Positions 12,531 to 25,652 of a DNA stretch of 64,000 bases are shown here, in pieces. Positions within the stretch are counted from its first letter, which is position 1, and the number at the start of each line of letters is the position of its first letter. This DNA is from Camelus dromedarius. Taxonomy: Eukaryota. Both the position numbers and the translations under genes were made by a program. A model generated the notes under the pieces. That model was not told where the DNA came from. It did not search any database and was given only the letters and a program-made list of their open reading frames with translations. Location: positions 10,418,001 to 10,482,000 of the forward strand of contig NC_087438.1 of assembly GCF_036321535.1 (NCBI RefSeq), given 5' to 3'.

Positions 12531-13464
12531 AGCGCACACGGGGGTGAAGAGTGCTCTTCTGCTCTTACTGCGTAAGCTTCCGACGGTCAGTTCATTAGCG
12601 TCAAAAACACAAAAATGAAATCTTACTTCTCTCCCGTCAGTGCCGAGTTTTAAAAATGACAAACGTAAGGGTGGAAAGTTACCTGGAAATGACACAACGC
12701 ACCCCCAGCCTGGATATCCTGAAGTAAATCATTAGGGGTGGGGGGGTTGGGAGAAGGGGTGAGGACGAGAACAAAGTCAGTGGCAACGGTGAGTCAGACG
12801 GGCCTTGAGTCTCGCTGCCTTGGTCCCATTTCTTCCAGTGAAGTAGACACGCCAGGCTAACATTTGTTAGTCTTGCATGGTAAACAACACAGAGCACTTG
12901 TACACAGCACACTGAGCAACGTCCCGCAAGAGGAAAGTTTTTAATCCATAAATTACAGCAGCAACTTGGAAGGAAATTGAGGTCCTTGGCCCAGGGACGA
13001 GATTCTCGAGAAGAACGTCACCAGAATATACAGCCAGCCGGGGCCTTGGGAATTAAAAAGAAGTTCACATCCCAAAACACAGCAAAGGACTTCCTGCCCA
13101 GCCTCTTTCTATATCCGTTCTTCGCTGAATTGGTGACAAAATTTCAATTGAATGTTTGATAATGAAAGGCCAGTGCCAGTAAATTAAAACACTTAAGGCT
13201 TGACTATCCCACTCATCAGTTCTGAGCTGTACAAAAAAAATTTTAAGAATAAAATTAGTATTTGAGCTTTCCGTTCTTAATTGGCCAGGAGTCCTACAAG
13301 CAGCCAGGTGTTATTTGGTGAAGGAACTTTGTTAGTTAAGACAAAGCATTGAGAGACCAGTGAAAAGAGGAGCCAGTGGCTTTGATTAAGTCATTTCAGG
13401 GAGAAAAGGGGGTGGGATGGACAGGAATAAATGGGGATCATCTCTTCTCTCTTGCCTTCATATT

Positions 13465-13565
13465 CAGGTGGGACCGATTTGTCCTGGTTTGCCTGGGAGG
13501 TTCCCAGTTTTAGAACCCTAGGAAATACCTTGGTCGAGGGCAAACCAGGACAACTGGTCACCCTC
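13465..13565. mobile_element. MER81/MER94-like hAT-Blackjack miniature element
   Basis: Perfect 15-bp inverted repeat TTGTCCTGGTTTGCC (13479-13493) / GGCAAACCAGGACAA (13539-13553), with a TGGTCACCCT end. Confidence 0.75.
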
Positions 13566-14269
13566 CTAACCTTTAATGTGGGAATAATCAAACTGCACAG
13601 AAGAGCACAGGCAGGGTTCTTGGTCCCCAGCGGCAGTCTCCAAGCGCCAGCTGGGTCTAAGTCTGTAAGTCAGCGCTGCTGGGCCAGACGCCGTCTGAAG
13701 CACCCGCTTTGGAGGAGAAAAGGGGGTGGGGCTGGGGGGGGCAGTCATTTCCCAAACATAGGTCCACTAGTCCCTGATGAAAACTCTTCCAACAAGGGTG
13801 GTGTTTGTAAAACCCCACTTTTATTTGGAGAAGGCTCCTTGAAAAACCCTTGAAAATGCTTCCTGTTTTTAATAAAGGAGATCCCTGGAATATTGCCATG
13901 GGCTTTCGTAGGGCCCTTTTAGTTTAGATTTTATTCGTTCTCCTCGACCACATTATAATCTAGCCCCAAACCAAAACATCACCCCATGGGCTGCAGGGAG
14001 GTATTCATGAGTTCAGTTTGAGACCCTTCCCCAAGGGACAGGATGAGGTCAGCCTGTCCTAAGCTGCAGGCTAACCGGCAGGATGTCACGATGTGGGGCC
14101 CTCCCAGCCTCATCAAAGGTACCATGTACGCTCGTGCTGAGCTCCACACAAGGAACAGGGCTCCCTCAAGTGTCCCAAGCAACAGGGGCTTTAAGCACTG
14201 GGTGCAAATACCTGGGAGTGTGAACGTCCCAGCCGCACGTGTCTCAGCAGCCAGGGAGGTGGACCTAAG

Positions 14270-14375
14270 AGTCTGTATCCAGTTCCAGTATGTGGGGTTT
14301 CCCCACACCACCAGGCAGTTCTCAGATGCCAGCTGGGCGTCCTACAACTCAGCTCAATTCTGACACTGTTTCCCA
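14270..14375. mobile_element. Short MER21-like LTR fragment
   Basis: ATGTGGGGTTTCCCCACACCACCAGGCAGTTCT resembles 18880-18912 of the larger LTR in this window. Confidence 0.55.
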
Positions 14376-17300
14376 CCTACCAGGGATGGATGGGCTGGTG
14401 CCAGTCTCATGTGTCAATATTCTGAATGTCTTTGATTTTAAAGCTTGGCTTCTAGCCACACATTCCCCATTGTTCCATGGAGTCACAACTTACAAATTGA
14501 TATATAATTATCCCAACACATTTTGTTCTGTCGTGTTTACCAGCAGTGAGGCTGGGAGGAATCACTGTGCTGTCCTAGGTTATTCATATACGGTAAATAC
14601 GTTTCCTCCTATGTGGCCTTTGAAAATAAAGCATCTCGTGACATGCTTTCCCCAGAGTTTCTATTTGTTATAGCAATCTCATTCCCTGGAGAGACTGGTT
14701 ATAAATGATATGAAATGATATATAAATAGATGAATGGATGGATAGGTAGATAGATAGATTGGTAGATGACAGATTTTTTTTAAAGCAGGATGTCAAATGG
14801 GGTATAAAGAACTTCCTGTGTAAAAAAAAAATGAAGACCATATACATTTATGTGTCAAGCCCCTCTGGTAGAATACATAAAGACATGAAACACCGGGGAG
14901 CGGACACAGTGGCAGAGTGACAGGGGTTGGGGGAGGATTTTCAACCTTAAGTCCTTTATGTACATCTTGGCTTTTATAATATATAAATCACTCTCAAAAC
15001 CTCATTCTTGTAAATGCAGTGATTCTGGCCTCCTTTTAGTAACTACGCCAGCTGGTGGGTGACTTTTATTTGATGAAGAAAATCAAATTTATCTCTTTGA
15101 AATAACTGCTTATTTCATAGACTCTAAAGCTAATCTGTCATCATTTTGTGGAACTGAATATCAATAACCTAGAATGTCTTTCCATTCGTTTGTAAATTTC
15201 AACTCTTTTCCTCAAGTTTCACTGTCTGACCTCTGTTCCTGCATCCAGTGCAGTCTTTGTGTTGGTTTAAGAAATGAAGTCACTGTGCATCCTCAGTTCT
15301 TTAAAGCAGACAAAACAAATGTAGTTGACGATCATCATACTCCTGCATTCCCTTAACCAGTGGTCAGTCCTCCCTCTGCTGTGACCATCTCGCCCAGCTT
15401 GTCCCACCTGACCCTTCGCACACAGTGGGCCCCTGGGGCCGAGAGCAGGCTGGGCCTGGCTAAATGCAATTCGCTTTCTTCTCCGTGGGCGGCGTCATGA
15501 TCCTGCGTGCATGGGCGGAGGGGGGGTTACCTCACCCCCACGCACGGGTCCTGACGTCCCCACGGGTGGCGGCCGTTGAGGAGGCCCGTTCCACCCCCCA
15601 GGTGGCAGATTCAGAAAGATGCGTTGTCAGGCTCCCCACCTATCCTGGCCCCACATGTCCCAGGGGCACAGGGGAGCCCCCTGCTTACCACACGCCAGGG
15701 CACTGGGCAAGGAGGCGCCAGCGCGGTGGGCAAAGCCAAGCTCCTCTTGTTCCCCCATTTGTACATCGGGGATAATAGCGCTTTCCTCGCAGGGCTGTTG
15801 TGAGAATGAAACGCACGAAGTCTCTGGAACAGCGTCAGGCACACAGTAGCACTGTGATTACTATTATTTGCAGAGAACACCAGAAGCCCGGCCCCGTAAC
15901 TCTTGGAAGGCCTTAATACAAGGAGCTTGAACACGACACCCTGGGAGATGAGAGGGGCTTTCCCTTCCATGTCGTGGGGAAAGATTTTCTTATTTCTCTC
16001 CTAGGAGTGGACCGAGCTGTGTGATTTAAAAAATGAAGGTGGCATTTATTGCCGCCAGGTGTGGTGGGACAGCTGTATATATGTCCTATGTCTATGTGCA
16101 CAATCACACAGGGAGCCACACACATGTGCACACACACTCGTGTGCACGCACTCACCTTCAAGGCAGAGTCGATGTTGCAAAGAACCAGTTCTTCGGTTAC
16201 TCAAATCCTTGCAAGGGCGCACAGAGCCTCCCAAATTCTAAAAGAAGGAAGCTGTTTCGCCACCGACTTCCTCCTTCTCTGTTACTTCAACCCACTGGTC
16301 TTCAGATGTGTGGATTCTAGAGGGAGAGGCACAGATGGACTAATTACCCTGGGTGTGCTCTGCTCCATGACAGGGACTCCCTCTCCTCCCCTTTTTGCAG
16401 TTGACATAAAAGGGAGAATCTCGGGGTGATGCTTTCTTACTGGGGAACATCGAAGAAACCTTCCTTACCAGGCCGGGCAGCCCCCAACATGCTCTGCTTC
16501 CAGGGGGCCAGGCAGACTCCTGGGGGCGGCCCCGGGGCTGCTCACGACATTATTTCCCTGGGAAAGCGTGCTTGGAAGGCCAGACCTCCAGCCTTGGTCA
16601 GTCTGTAGTTTAGGATTTTGTCCGTTTGTTTGCCTTTCCTGGGGCGTGCTGATGGTTCACAAGGCAGACTTCCTAGCGACGGCTGCGCCAGGAAAAGCCC
16701 AGGCCTGCCAAACCTCAGAGTTCCTAAGCTGTGTGCTGTTGGCGGGGAGTTCCCGCTAATGCGCTGAACTTGATTTCCCCCGCAAGTCCTAGTGTCAGCA
16801 AGATATTTTATGTGGCATTTACTTCTTGGCATTTGACAGAAAAGGGAAAACCTCAGGGTGATGCTTCTCACTGGGGACATTAAAGGAACCTTCCTTACTG
16901 TGCCCGGCAGCCCCCGACCACGTCTGTCTCCCGTGGGTGGGTGACAGTCGCATCTCACACCCCCTTCCCCACGCTTCTGGGTCCTGGTCCGGCACAGCTG
17001 CTCACCATACGCCGGTCACACGTCCGCCTCCGCTCGCAGAGATTGTTTATGTTGAGAAAGTAGTCCCTCAAGGCCGGGGAGCGACCGCTGTCCAAGGGCA
17101 GAGATGGCAGGCGGGTTGCAGAGGTGATACTGAACACTTCTGGATATCGTGTGTGTCACCAGGCATAAAGCAAACTTGTGCTTCAAAGTCTACACCTGAA
17201 ACGAACATTGTAAATCAGCTGCACTTCAATTTAAAAAAAACAGACAGAAAATTTAAAAAACAAAAAACCCCCAAAACGAAGTCTGCAGCAGGACTGAACA

Positions 17301-17949
17301 TGTCTTGAAGTAAATCTCAGACAAGAAAATCTATACTTTTAAAAGCAATTAGTGAGGGATTCCTTGCATTATGAATTTAATCTTTCTACAAATTATGTAA
17401 AAGTAATACAGCTTTGTGGAAACCAGGACAGGACTCCAACACCAACGTGATCGCTGTTGACATTTTGGTGATTTGTGACCTTTCACTCTTAGGCATCTGC
17501 ATATTTTATATAGATGGATTTACAGCTTCATATCTTGTTTTCTAAACTGGAAGTTGCTTCCATGTGCTTCCAAATGTTAACACTTATAAGTCCAATGACT
17601 GCTTCTTGCCTTGCCTATTGAACACGTCCGAATTTGTTGCTCAGATTGTCCCAGCTTTGGTCGCTGGGAGCTTTTAGTAGTTGGCTCCTGTGAACCTTTG
17701 ACAGGCCCCTATCCTTTTTTTTGGTGGTGTTTGTACTTCTTTTCTTTCTGGGGCTAAAAATACTTCAAGTTCATTCAGGTTCATCTTATATTTTCTCCAC
17801 CCCAGCCACTCTGAGGCATCCTGGGTTTTTTATATTGGAGAATGGTATTCAGAAACAGAGATCTGAGTGCTGGTTTCATCGACTTACAGCTAACGATTTT
17901 TTTCTGTTCTCAGTGTTATGGATTTCTTTTCTTATCTTTATTACCTGCT

Positions 17950-18540
17950 ATACAACAAATTTGGAAAACTTTCAGTATCTACTAAAATTATATATATTCA
18001 TACCACATGACTCAACAATGTTATTTCTAGGAATTTACCCAACAGAAACGCATACATGTGAAAGAATGTACAAAGAAAATCTATCTATTGCCAACAACTA
18101 GAAGCAATCCAAGGGTCATTCAACAGTAGACTAAATAAATTGTTGTCCATTCATGCACTGGAAGACTGCTTAGCAATAAAAGAGAGCAAGCCACTTGTGT
18201 ATGAAATGACTTGTCTGAGTGTGAAAAACATTATTAAAGTGAAAGAAGCCAGCCACCCCCCAAAAATCTACTGTGTAAATTTATAGAAGATTTAAAACAA
18301 GTCAAACACATTTCTTCTGTTGGAAGACAGGATGGAAGCACCTTCGGGGGAATGGCGGGAAGGATTTGGGGAGAGCACGAGGGGACTTCTGGTGTGCGCT
18401 GATGCTCTGTTTCCAGATCCAGCTGGTGAGTTCATGGGTGGGCTCACTTTGTAATAATCTGTCAAGTTGTATACTTTTAAGATTTATGTGTTTTTGGAAT
18501 GAATACGATATGCCAATCGAAAAGTTTGTATTTTTCAAAA
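17950..18540 (+). mobile_element. Old L1 (L1ME-like) 3' fragment
   Basis: CTAGGAATTTACCCAACAGAAA..., AAGTGAAAGAAGCCAG and 3' UTR-like sequence. Confidence 0.65.
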
Positions 18541-18794
18541 AGTGCTCCAGATCGCCTCCTTCTCCTGTATGGCTGGCGTCTGGCCCACAAGGGGAACCAC
18601 CTGTGTCAACTTGGTCCTGATAAACTCTGGAGTGTCAGCCATACCCCCACAGTCCCCTCCCCTCCCCTCCTCTGTCAGGACATTAGATCAGAACTCTCAT
18701 GGGTGGGAATCAGGCTCCAAGAAAATCCTTACTGCTTACAATTGCCCCTTCAGGCTCCAACACCCTCACCACGGGTATCCCGAGTGTGGATTTA

Positions 18795-19655
18795 TTCACG
18801 GAAGAACCACCCCGTCTTCCCTCCTGTATTTCTCCTTTACTCTCACACCGCCGTGACATTCACATCACTTCCACACCAGATGTGTGGGTTTTCCCCACAC
18901 CAAGCAGTTCTGTGACACCTGCTGAGTGTCCTGCAGGTAGACACTCTCTACCTGGTGGTAGTGACATCAGATCCCACAGTTGAAGGTCTCTGCCTCCCAT
19001 TTCAGACGCCAATTGTAAGCAGTGGGTCCCCAGCTTACCCACAACTTCTTTCTGACTTGGTTCAAGATCAGAGGTTCTCATGACCTCCTTGCCGTTGGAT
19101 TTGGTTATTTGTTAGAACAGCTCACAGAACTCCGGGAAACACATCTACCTGTTTACTAAAGGACATGCTGAAGGATGCAGATGCCGAGCCAGATGACGAG
19201 ATGTAGGAGACAAGGTCTGAGAGGGTCTCTGCACAGTTGGGTGTGTCACCCTCCTGGTGTGAATGTGCTCATCAACCTGGAAGCTCCCAGAGCCACATAC
19301 TATTGGGATTTTTATGGAGGCTTCTCCATGTGGGCATGATCGATGTTAACTCCATTTCCAGCCCAGCACAGCGCTGAAAAATCCAAGCTACTCATCATGG
19401 CTTGGTCTTCCTGGTGACCAGTTCCCATCTAGGAGCCCCCCAGCTTCTCCTCATTAGCACAGAACACACTCCTGTCACCCAGGAAATTCCAAAGGATTAG
19501 TACCGTGTGTCAGGAACCGGGGTCAAAGGCTTGGATTGGAACAAAAGATGTTTCTTGTGCTCTTACCAGTAGGAAATTACAAGGGTTTTAGGAGCTCTGT
19601 GCAAGGAGTTGGGGCAGAGACCAACACGTATACATTTTTTTCTACTATGCCACAT
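18795..19655. mobile_element. MER21-like endogenous retrovirus solo LTR
   Basis: Characteristic blocks: CAGATGTGTGGGTTTTCCCCACACCAAGCAGTTC, GAACAGCTCACAGAACTC.GGGAAAC, GGAAATTACAAGGGTTTTAGGAGCTCTGTG. Confidence 0.75.
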
Positions 19656-19959
19656 CATGAGCCAGTTCTCAGAAATTTCTTTAGAAAATCTGCCCCTCCG
19701 TATCACTGCATTCTCTTTGGTATCTACTGCCTGTTCATCTGGGCTTCTCTGCTGAAATGTCCAATTTAATATCTGCTAACATCCAGCTTTGTCCACTTCT
19801 AGAAATCTTAATTCTTGTTCAGAGTCCAGATATTTCTTTGTAACAATTTCTCAATGGGTTCTTTATGAAGAGTACATACACACAGACACACACACATACA
19901 CACACAAAGGATTGGTTGAGAATGTCTGACCCCAGAACCTAAAATTAGAAATGAACAGC

Positions 19960-20500
19960 TTTCTCTATAGACATTTGGAGTGGACATCTCCTGCATTGTC
20001 TGCCTGTTCTGGCAACAGAACTCTTCACTCCTGTGGGAAGTCCACCATGTGGGGCTGACCCTGCCTTCCCCTCCACCCGGATGCTGGGAGGGGCCAGGTG
20101 ACCCAGTTCTGGCCAATGAGAGTACCCCATCCCTGTCCCCCAAGAGGAGCGTGTAAACTAAGCCTGCATCTTCCGGGGACTTTGTCCCCCAGGCTAACAG
20201 GGACAACTGTCTCTTTTTACACAGTTGCTAAGCCCGGAGGCAGTGACTCTGTATCAGTCACATGGAGAGTTTTCCAACTGAGACCAAGTAGAGACACGTG
20301 GAGATGAGAAGTGGAGAACGAGAGAGAGATTCAAAGAGAAAGAGAAAGGATGATGACGACACGGTTTAAACACTAGATTCAGCCATGTCTCAAACCGGAA
20401 GCAGCCCAGATGTGTTAGTAACGTGAGCCATGAATTCCTTTCTTGGTTTATGGCAGTCTGAGTTATGTCTCTGTCACTCCCAGCTGCAAGAGTCCTGCAT
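19960..20500 (+). mobile_element. MLT1-type MaLR LTR remnant
   Basis: GATTCAGCCATG...GTGAGCCATGAATTCCTTTC...TCTGTCACT...AAGAGTCCT resembles an MLT1 3' end. Confidence 0.55.
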
Positions 20501-23500
20501 GGTCTCCATCCTTACCTAAACATGGCTTGCACAGGTTGTGCACTGGGGTTCTGTTGTAAATCAGTCTGGAGGTCTGATGGCAACTAGTGTGCCCAGAAAA
20601 AAACTCTATTTTAGTCCAGTCTGTACTGTCTTCTCTGTGCTCCAGACCACCCATGTTTGAAGGACCTCTTCCCTCTTAACACTTGTATAGGGAAATTCTG
20701 TGTCACATCCTTGGTACCACCAATAAGCATCCTCTCAACAGTGGGGGCACTGGGCATGGCCAGGGATATCCACTTGCAATGCCACATGCCCAGTATTTTG
20801 TGGGCCAGATAGTACCTAAAATTACAAATGCTTCTTACCATCTCAGGAGGCTTACTAGCCCATACTTCAACTATAGATGGAGATGCTAGGGATGTTTTCT
20901 CACAGCTGGGAATTGTATGTTTTGCCTTCTTTTGCAGACATGTTATGGCATAATAGCAACGCCTATCTGGATAATACAAGCCAACACAACTCCCACCAGC
21001 CTTTCCAGTCTCCAAAAGTTAGACAGGAACACTTGAAAATCTCTAACAGTGCCCAGAGCACCTCCTGGAATTGTAACTGCTTACCAACAGGCAGCCCCTC
21101 AAAGAGGAAGTTCAACAGACGATGTTACGTAATTACTTCTCAATTTTTTTTTTTTTTCAGTGGGACACTAGCCAGAAGGCAGGGGCTGGGGAATGCCCTC
21201 GAAAGTCTGAAGAGAGAGCCTGCCCTGACCACAGACATTAACCAGAGGCTTCTAATGGGAAGGGGTGGGGAGAGGAGGCCAGAGCAGGATGAGATCGGTG
21301 ATGGCCCCCTAGTACCTACAATTTTTGAAGCTTCACACAAAATCTGCTTTTGATCATTGGCTGAAAAGGAAAGATCTGGATTAGATGACCTCCCCCTCCT
21401 CCTTTAAGCACCCAATGGTATGTGTGGAATTCCACTCCTCATTCTGGAACTCATGTCACTGAGGGGCCGGGGTGGTCAGTGGCTGACCCTTCCAGGTGTG
21501 GGGAGTGAGGAGTCCGTAGTTCCCCCATAGTTATACTCGGGTGGTCAGAATGGCTGATGGTGCCTGATCGCCTCCCACAGTGCTTGCCTGGGTGCACAGG
21601 AGGAGGACACAGAGCACCCCAGACAGAGGCAGCCCAGGGCTCTGGTTGCTCCTGGCTTGCTGACTTCTTCCTTAGCAACTAGGAAACCAAAAGTTTCCAT
21701 CATTAGAATGTCATGAGGAAGCTGTTTTCGAAATGCCTGCTGATGACTTTTCCTCTTGGTCCCCTGGGTTGTTTCTCCTTTCCCTCCTCTTTCTGGCAGC
21801 CTTTCCTCTGGGAGGAAAAATAGGCCAAAGTAGTGAAGAAGGCTGATGGTTAAGAGAAGTCCCAACAGATGAGAAGGGGAAAGAGAGAGACTTCACTGCT
21901 TCTTGGGATCAAAATCTCTTGGGGATGAGGACGACTGGAAACACCAAGTTAGGGGAGAGAAGTGGGGCAGGAAACCCCTGGGCAGAAAACTTGTTTCCAC
22001 TTCCCCCAGGTGCAGCCTGGCAAAAAGACTGACCGCCCCTTGGAGGATCCCAGACAGCCAAGGAGCAGAAGGACAAAACACCTTCTACTGGTGGGCAAGT
22101 CCTTTTGCCCATCAGGACCCCCTCCATCCCTCATTGGTCCCTTTGCACCTGGCACGATTCAAGGAAGCACCCAGAGGGGCAGAAAGCCAGATGGGTGTCA
22201 TGGTGGCTGACATTCGTTATGATCGTGATTTGCCTGGTCCTCTCTTTTTCCATTTGGGAGCCTCAGTCTGCCCCCTGGAGATACTGCACTTTTGTAAACC
22301 TAGCAGGGGGAGGGAGAGGGGACCCCCGCACCCCAGCACCCCTCCCGGGTCCCTCCCCTGGGTTGGGGCACCGTGAGTCTCTCCTCCCCTTTCCTTCTTC
22401 ATCTGCAGAGACCAAAGATGTTGGAAGTCTGCGGGCTCTCCCGGGAAACTCACCACACCCGGAGCTGAGTGGTTCTCAGACGCTCCCTGTTTACATTGAA
22501 CATGCCTGCAAGTTACAGAAGCTGTCCATTTGTCTCTGACCTTTCAAGTTGCACAGGGAATTCCCATCAGAAAATCCTCACGTTGCAGTTAGTACAATCC
22601 CAGCAGTCCTAAATTTCAACCTTTTTTTTTTATAGAGGTCTGGAGGAAGGCTCTTCAAAAAAAAATTTTTTTTAAAGAGGGCTTTGGAATACATTGCAGC
22701 CTGTGCACGTTGCTGTTTTGAGTTTTGTCTTTATACACAGAGGGCTCCAGCTGCCCGTAGGAGGTGGCGGGGGTGGGCGGAAGAGTGACCGTGGGGAGTG
22801 AGCCTAGTTTGCTATAACAAGCCTCAAATCAACCCAAAAAAGCAAAGCTGAATTTCTCTGGTCACTGACAGCTGTCTGTTATTTTTTTAAGGAAGCAAAG
22901 AAAGAAAAAAGAACAACTTTTCCATGCTTGACTCTAAGGGTACCCAGCCACAGGACAGACTAACGTTTATTCCATGATTTATGTCTCTTCCTTTTCAGTG
23001 GCTGCTGAAATGTTTTCTGACGCTTTGCTTCAAAGCAAACCAGTGAGTGCCAATGACTACACAGTGTGGTGAACTCAGTTCCTCTCCGGCTTCCTGTGGG
23101 CCCTGCAGGGTGAGACTGTCACTGGCCCTCCTAGCCCTCTGTGAAACCAGCCTGAGGTCCTTGCCTGTGTTTTGAGTCGAGGGTAATTAGGGCTCCTTCC
23201 TGCCCCACCTGCCCACCTCTTCTGTTTGCCCAGGCTGCTTGCTCCCGGGGCGAACAGCAGATGGTCGGGGCCGGGCCAATAACTTCACGTTTCTGGAGCA
23301 GGTGAAGGTGAACTTGCTGCTGCGTGGAATTGGAATGATGGGCATGGATGTGCTTACCAGAAGGCAGAAGTCCAAGCTGCCAGCCTTAGAGTAAAAACCA
23401 CATTTAGAATTCATTCAGAAGACTGTTGCCAACCATTTTTGGTCCCTGCTTGGGACCAAAACCTCTTCCGTCCTAAATGTGTCTGAAATGTGAGCTGGTG

Positions 23501-23645
23501 AGAAATACCCTGACCTTTAAATGGGTCAGGAAAGCAATGACCTAATTTAAATTTTCTCTTTAGTTCACCACAAGGATAAAGAAGAAATGTGGAAGGTGGA
23601 AAAGAAGGAGGATAAGAGAATCAATTGAGCAAAGAGGGGAGATGG

Positions 23646-23815
23646 TGTTCTCCACCGCAAAAAAGAAACGGCAATTATGTGGGGACGGAGGGGTTAGCTA
23701 ATGCTATGGCAGAGATCCTTGGCAATATGTAAATGTGTTAAATCAACGCATTGTACACCTTACACTTTCACAATGTTATGTGTCAATTATAGCTCAGTAA
23801 AGCTGGGGGTAAAAA
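23646..23815 (+). mobile_element. Short L1 (L1MA-like) 3' end with TSD
   Basis: TTGTACACCTTA...CAATGTTATGTGTCAATTATA.CTCAGTAAAGCTGG plus A-tail, flanked by AAAGAGGG(G)AGATGG at 23631-23645 and 23816-23829. Confidence 0.8.
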
Positions 23816-24981
23816 AAAGAGGGAGATGGGACGAGAGATGGGGAAAGGGAGATGTCTGACTGGGGATTCTACCTCACTAAAGGATCAGGGCTCTGGGTGT
23901 TTTTGAACCTTGCTTTGTAGTATGTGGCACCAATTTAAATACTGTGATTATTTATGCTGTTTTTATTTTTATTTTCGAGATGATTGAATGGAAATGTGTG
24001 TGATTATTGAGTCACTGACAATGCTCATAAAGGAATCAAGCGTGAGACCAGAGACTCTGGATGAGATCATATCTGGGAGGAGATTGTTTCTGAAGTCTCG
24101 TGTCCTCACATCCTCACTACCCGACTCTTCAGCCTGACATGTTGATCACCATGTCACCCAAATCTGGTGACAGTTGTGTTACCTCAGAGGCACTTGATCC
24201 ACAGTGGGTGATCAACATGTCAAATTTAAGCCAGTCCTTTAGATCTAGCAGCAATATCTGAGCGGCTGGGAGTCAAGAAAGGCTTCCAAATGTAAAACAC
24301 AGGACTTGTTTATATTAAACATAGGTAACATTCATTGAGTGATACTTCCGGTTGGGATTCTGTCACCCAAAACCACAAGGTCCTCCCTTCTGTGTTATCT
24401 AAGCAGTGCTCCACTGGACACACCCGCCCTTCTTATTCAGATCCTTTGCCCTCCTGCGGTGCCCTGGGTGGAAGAGCACCTTCTGGTGCATTTAGAGATG
24501 GTGCTTTAGACCCCGCATAATTCTGGAGCTCAGCCTGGGCAGAAAGGCAAGCAGCAATCCAGCAATCCTCCCTGGTGGTTCACACAACTCAGGAATATTC
24601 TCTTGGCCTTTAGGGCAGAACTGAGAGCATCACCAATGTCCCGAGTGTCAAAGGGTTGTAGGGCATTTGTCTCAAGAACTGCGGTAGAAAAAGAAGACTT
24701 AAGAATATTGAATTCCTAAAAAATGTAAACTTCCTTTCATTTTTCTCTGACACAGATAACATGCCCACACTTCCATGGCTGTTATTTTTAAGATGTTTAA
24801 AATTTTTAAATGTTATGTACTGAGATCTCAGCCCTGACCTTGAACATGATGTGCTGAAAGGTATGGGGTCAGAACCTGGCTCCTACCAGCTCACAAGCTG
24901 CCTTCCCTTTAGTGGAGTTCCAGAGCCATTATGGAGTTAAAGACCTCGCTATGCATTGTTTTGTTGTAAAGATGTTGATTT

Positions 24982-25652
24982 ATTTTTAAATTTTTTAATT
25001 ATTTATTTTTTTTAAATTGAAGTATAGTCAGTTTACAATGTGTCAGTTTCTGATGTACAGCATAACAGTTCAGTCATCCATATACATATGAATATTCCTT
25101 TTCACATTCTTTTTCATTATAGGTTACTACGAGATATTGAATATAGTTCCCTGTGTTATACAGTAAAAACTTGTTGTTTATCTGTTTTATATATAGTAGT
25201 CAGTATCTGCAATTCTTGAACTCTCAATTTATCCCTTCACACCCCCTTCCCTGATAATCATTAATTTGTTTTCTGTATCTGTGAGTCTGTTTCTGTTTTG
25301 TAAATAAGTTTGTTGTCTTTTTTTTAGATTCCACATATAAGTGATATCATATGATGTTTTTCTTTCTCTTTCTGGCTTACTTCACTTAGAATGATGATCT
25401 CCGGATCCACCTATGTTGCTGCAAATGGCATTATTTTATTCTTTTTATGGCTGAATAGTGTTCCATTGAATAAACATACCACAACTTCTTTATCCAGTCA
25501 TCTGCTGATGGACATTTAGGTTGTTTCCATGTCTTGGCTATTGTAAGCTGGGCTTCTATGAACATTGGGGTGCATGTATCATTTTGAAAAGTTCCCTCTG
25601 GATATATGCCCAAGAGTGGGATTGCTGGATGATATGGTTAGTCTGTTTTTAG
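24982..25652 (-). mobile_element. Young 5'-truncated LINE-1
   Basis: T-rich tail, then TTGAAGTATAGTCAGTTTACAATG. ORF 25431-25613 gives TIAKTWKQPKCPS..DWIKKLW. TSD at 24965-24981 / 25653-25669. Confidence 0.95.

Noticed and set aside
13479..13553. Perfect 15-bp inverted repeat as a possible ncRNA hairpin
   Set aside because: Explained by the terminal inverted repeats of a MER81/MER94-like element; a related remnant lies near 46100-46190.
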